The translations under genes and the position numbers were made by a program. A DNA stretch of 62,232 nucleotides, counting the filler, from Basidiobolus ranarum (taxonomy: Eukaryota), in assembly GCA_040143965.1 (NCBI GenBank). It is 24 parts of 24 records of this genome, joined end to end, with 100 filler letters (N's around TTAATTAATTAA, not from the genome) between each part and the next. Parts side by side here need not be neighbours in the genome. Positions count along the whole stretch, not along the records: positions 59,747 to 62,232 come from JASJQH010003282.1; 23 more parts are not named here. One strand, 5' to 3'. Below are positions 62,119 to 62,232 of this stretch, one piece after another (the first letter of the stretch is position 1; each line of letters opens with the position of its first letter). A model generated the notes under the pieces. It did not search any database. It had not been told where the DNA came from and saw nothing but the letters and a program-made list of their open reading frames with translations.

Positions 62119-62232
62119 CACTAGAGATCAATACTTCTTAAATAGGTAAGAACCTTACCAACATCACACGCTGATAACGTAGATGCATAACTAACCTTAT
62201 CTTGTAATTAATAGGTTTCTAGCATATTTTAC

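Overview
This window is not a continuous locus. It is 24 unlinked contigs of about 2.5 kb, sorted by decreasing length (2508 to 2486 bp) and joined by artificial 100-bp spacers (N44-TTAATTAATTAA-N44), so adjacency only matters inside a contig. The content is eukaryotic and fungal (spliceosomal introns, eL15, mitochondrial aconitase, Pho80/Pcl cyclin). An early-diverging lineage such as Zoopagomycota or Mucoromycota is my inference, not a demonstration. More than half of the window is decayed, CpG-depleted repeat DNA: a multi-copy CACTA/EnSpm-like (Transposase_21-type) transposon with an uncharacterised companion ORF, Ty1/copia elements with half-tRNA-iMet primer sites, at least four LTR families (one with a non-canonical terminus) and a Harbinger/Tourist-like MITE. 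The most notable host genes are three uricase paralogues within 2.5 kb, the thioesterase end of an atromentin/TdiA-type A-T-TE NRPS-like enzyme, three fragments of bacterial-type YcjY-like alpha/beta hydrolases (one joined to a transposon and CpG-mutated), a Cys-bracketed alternating-repeat protein, a Gly/Asn-rich Tyr-periodic protein missed by the ORF track, and two convergent paralogous 4-TM proteins. Also present are a RalGAP-alpha-like N-terminus, an F-box protein, and pseudogenes of a D-amino-acid oxidase, an alkenal reductase and tRNA-Pro.
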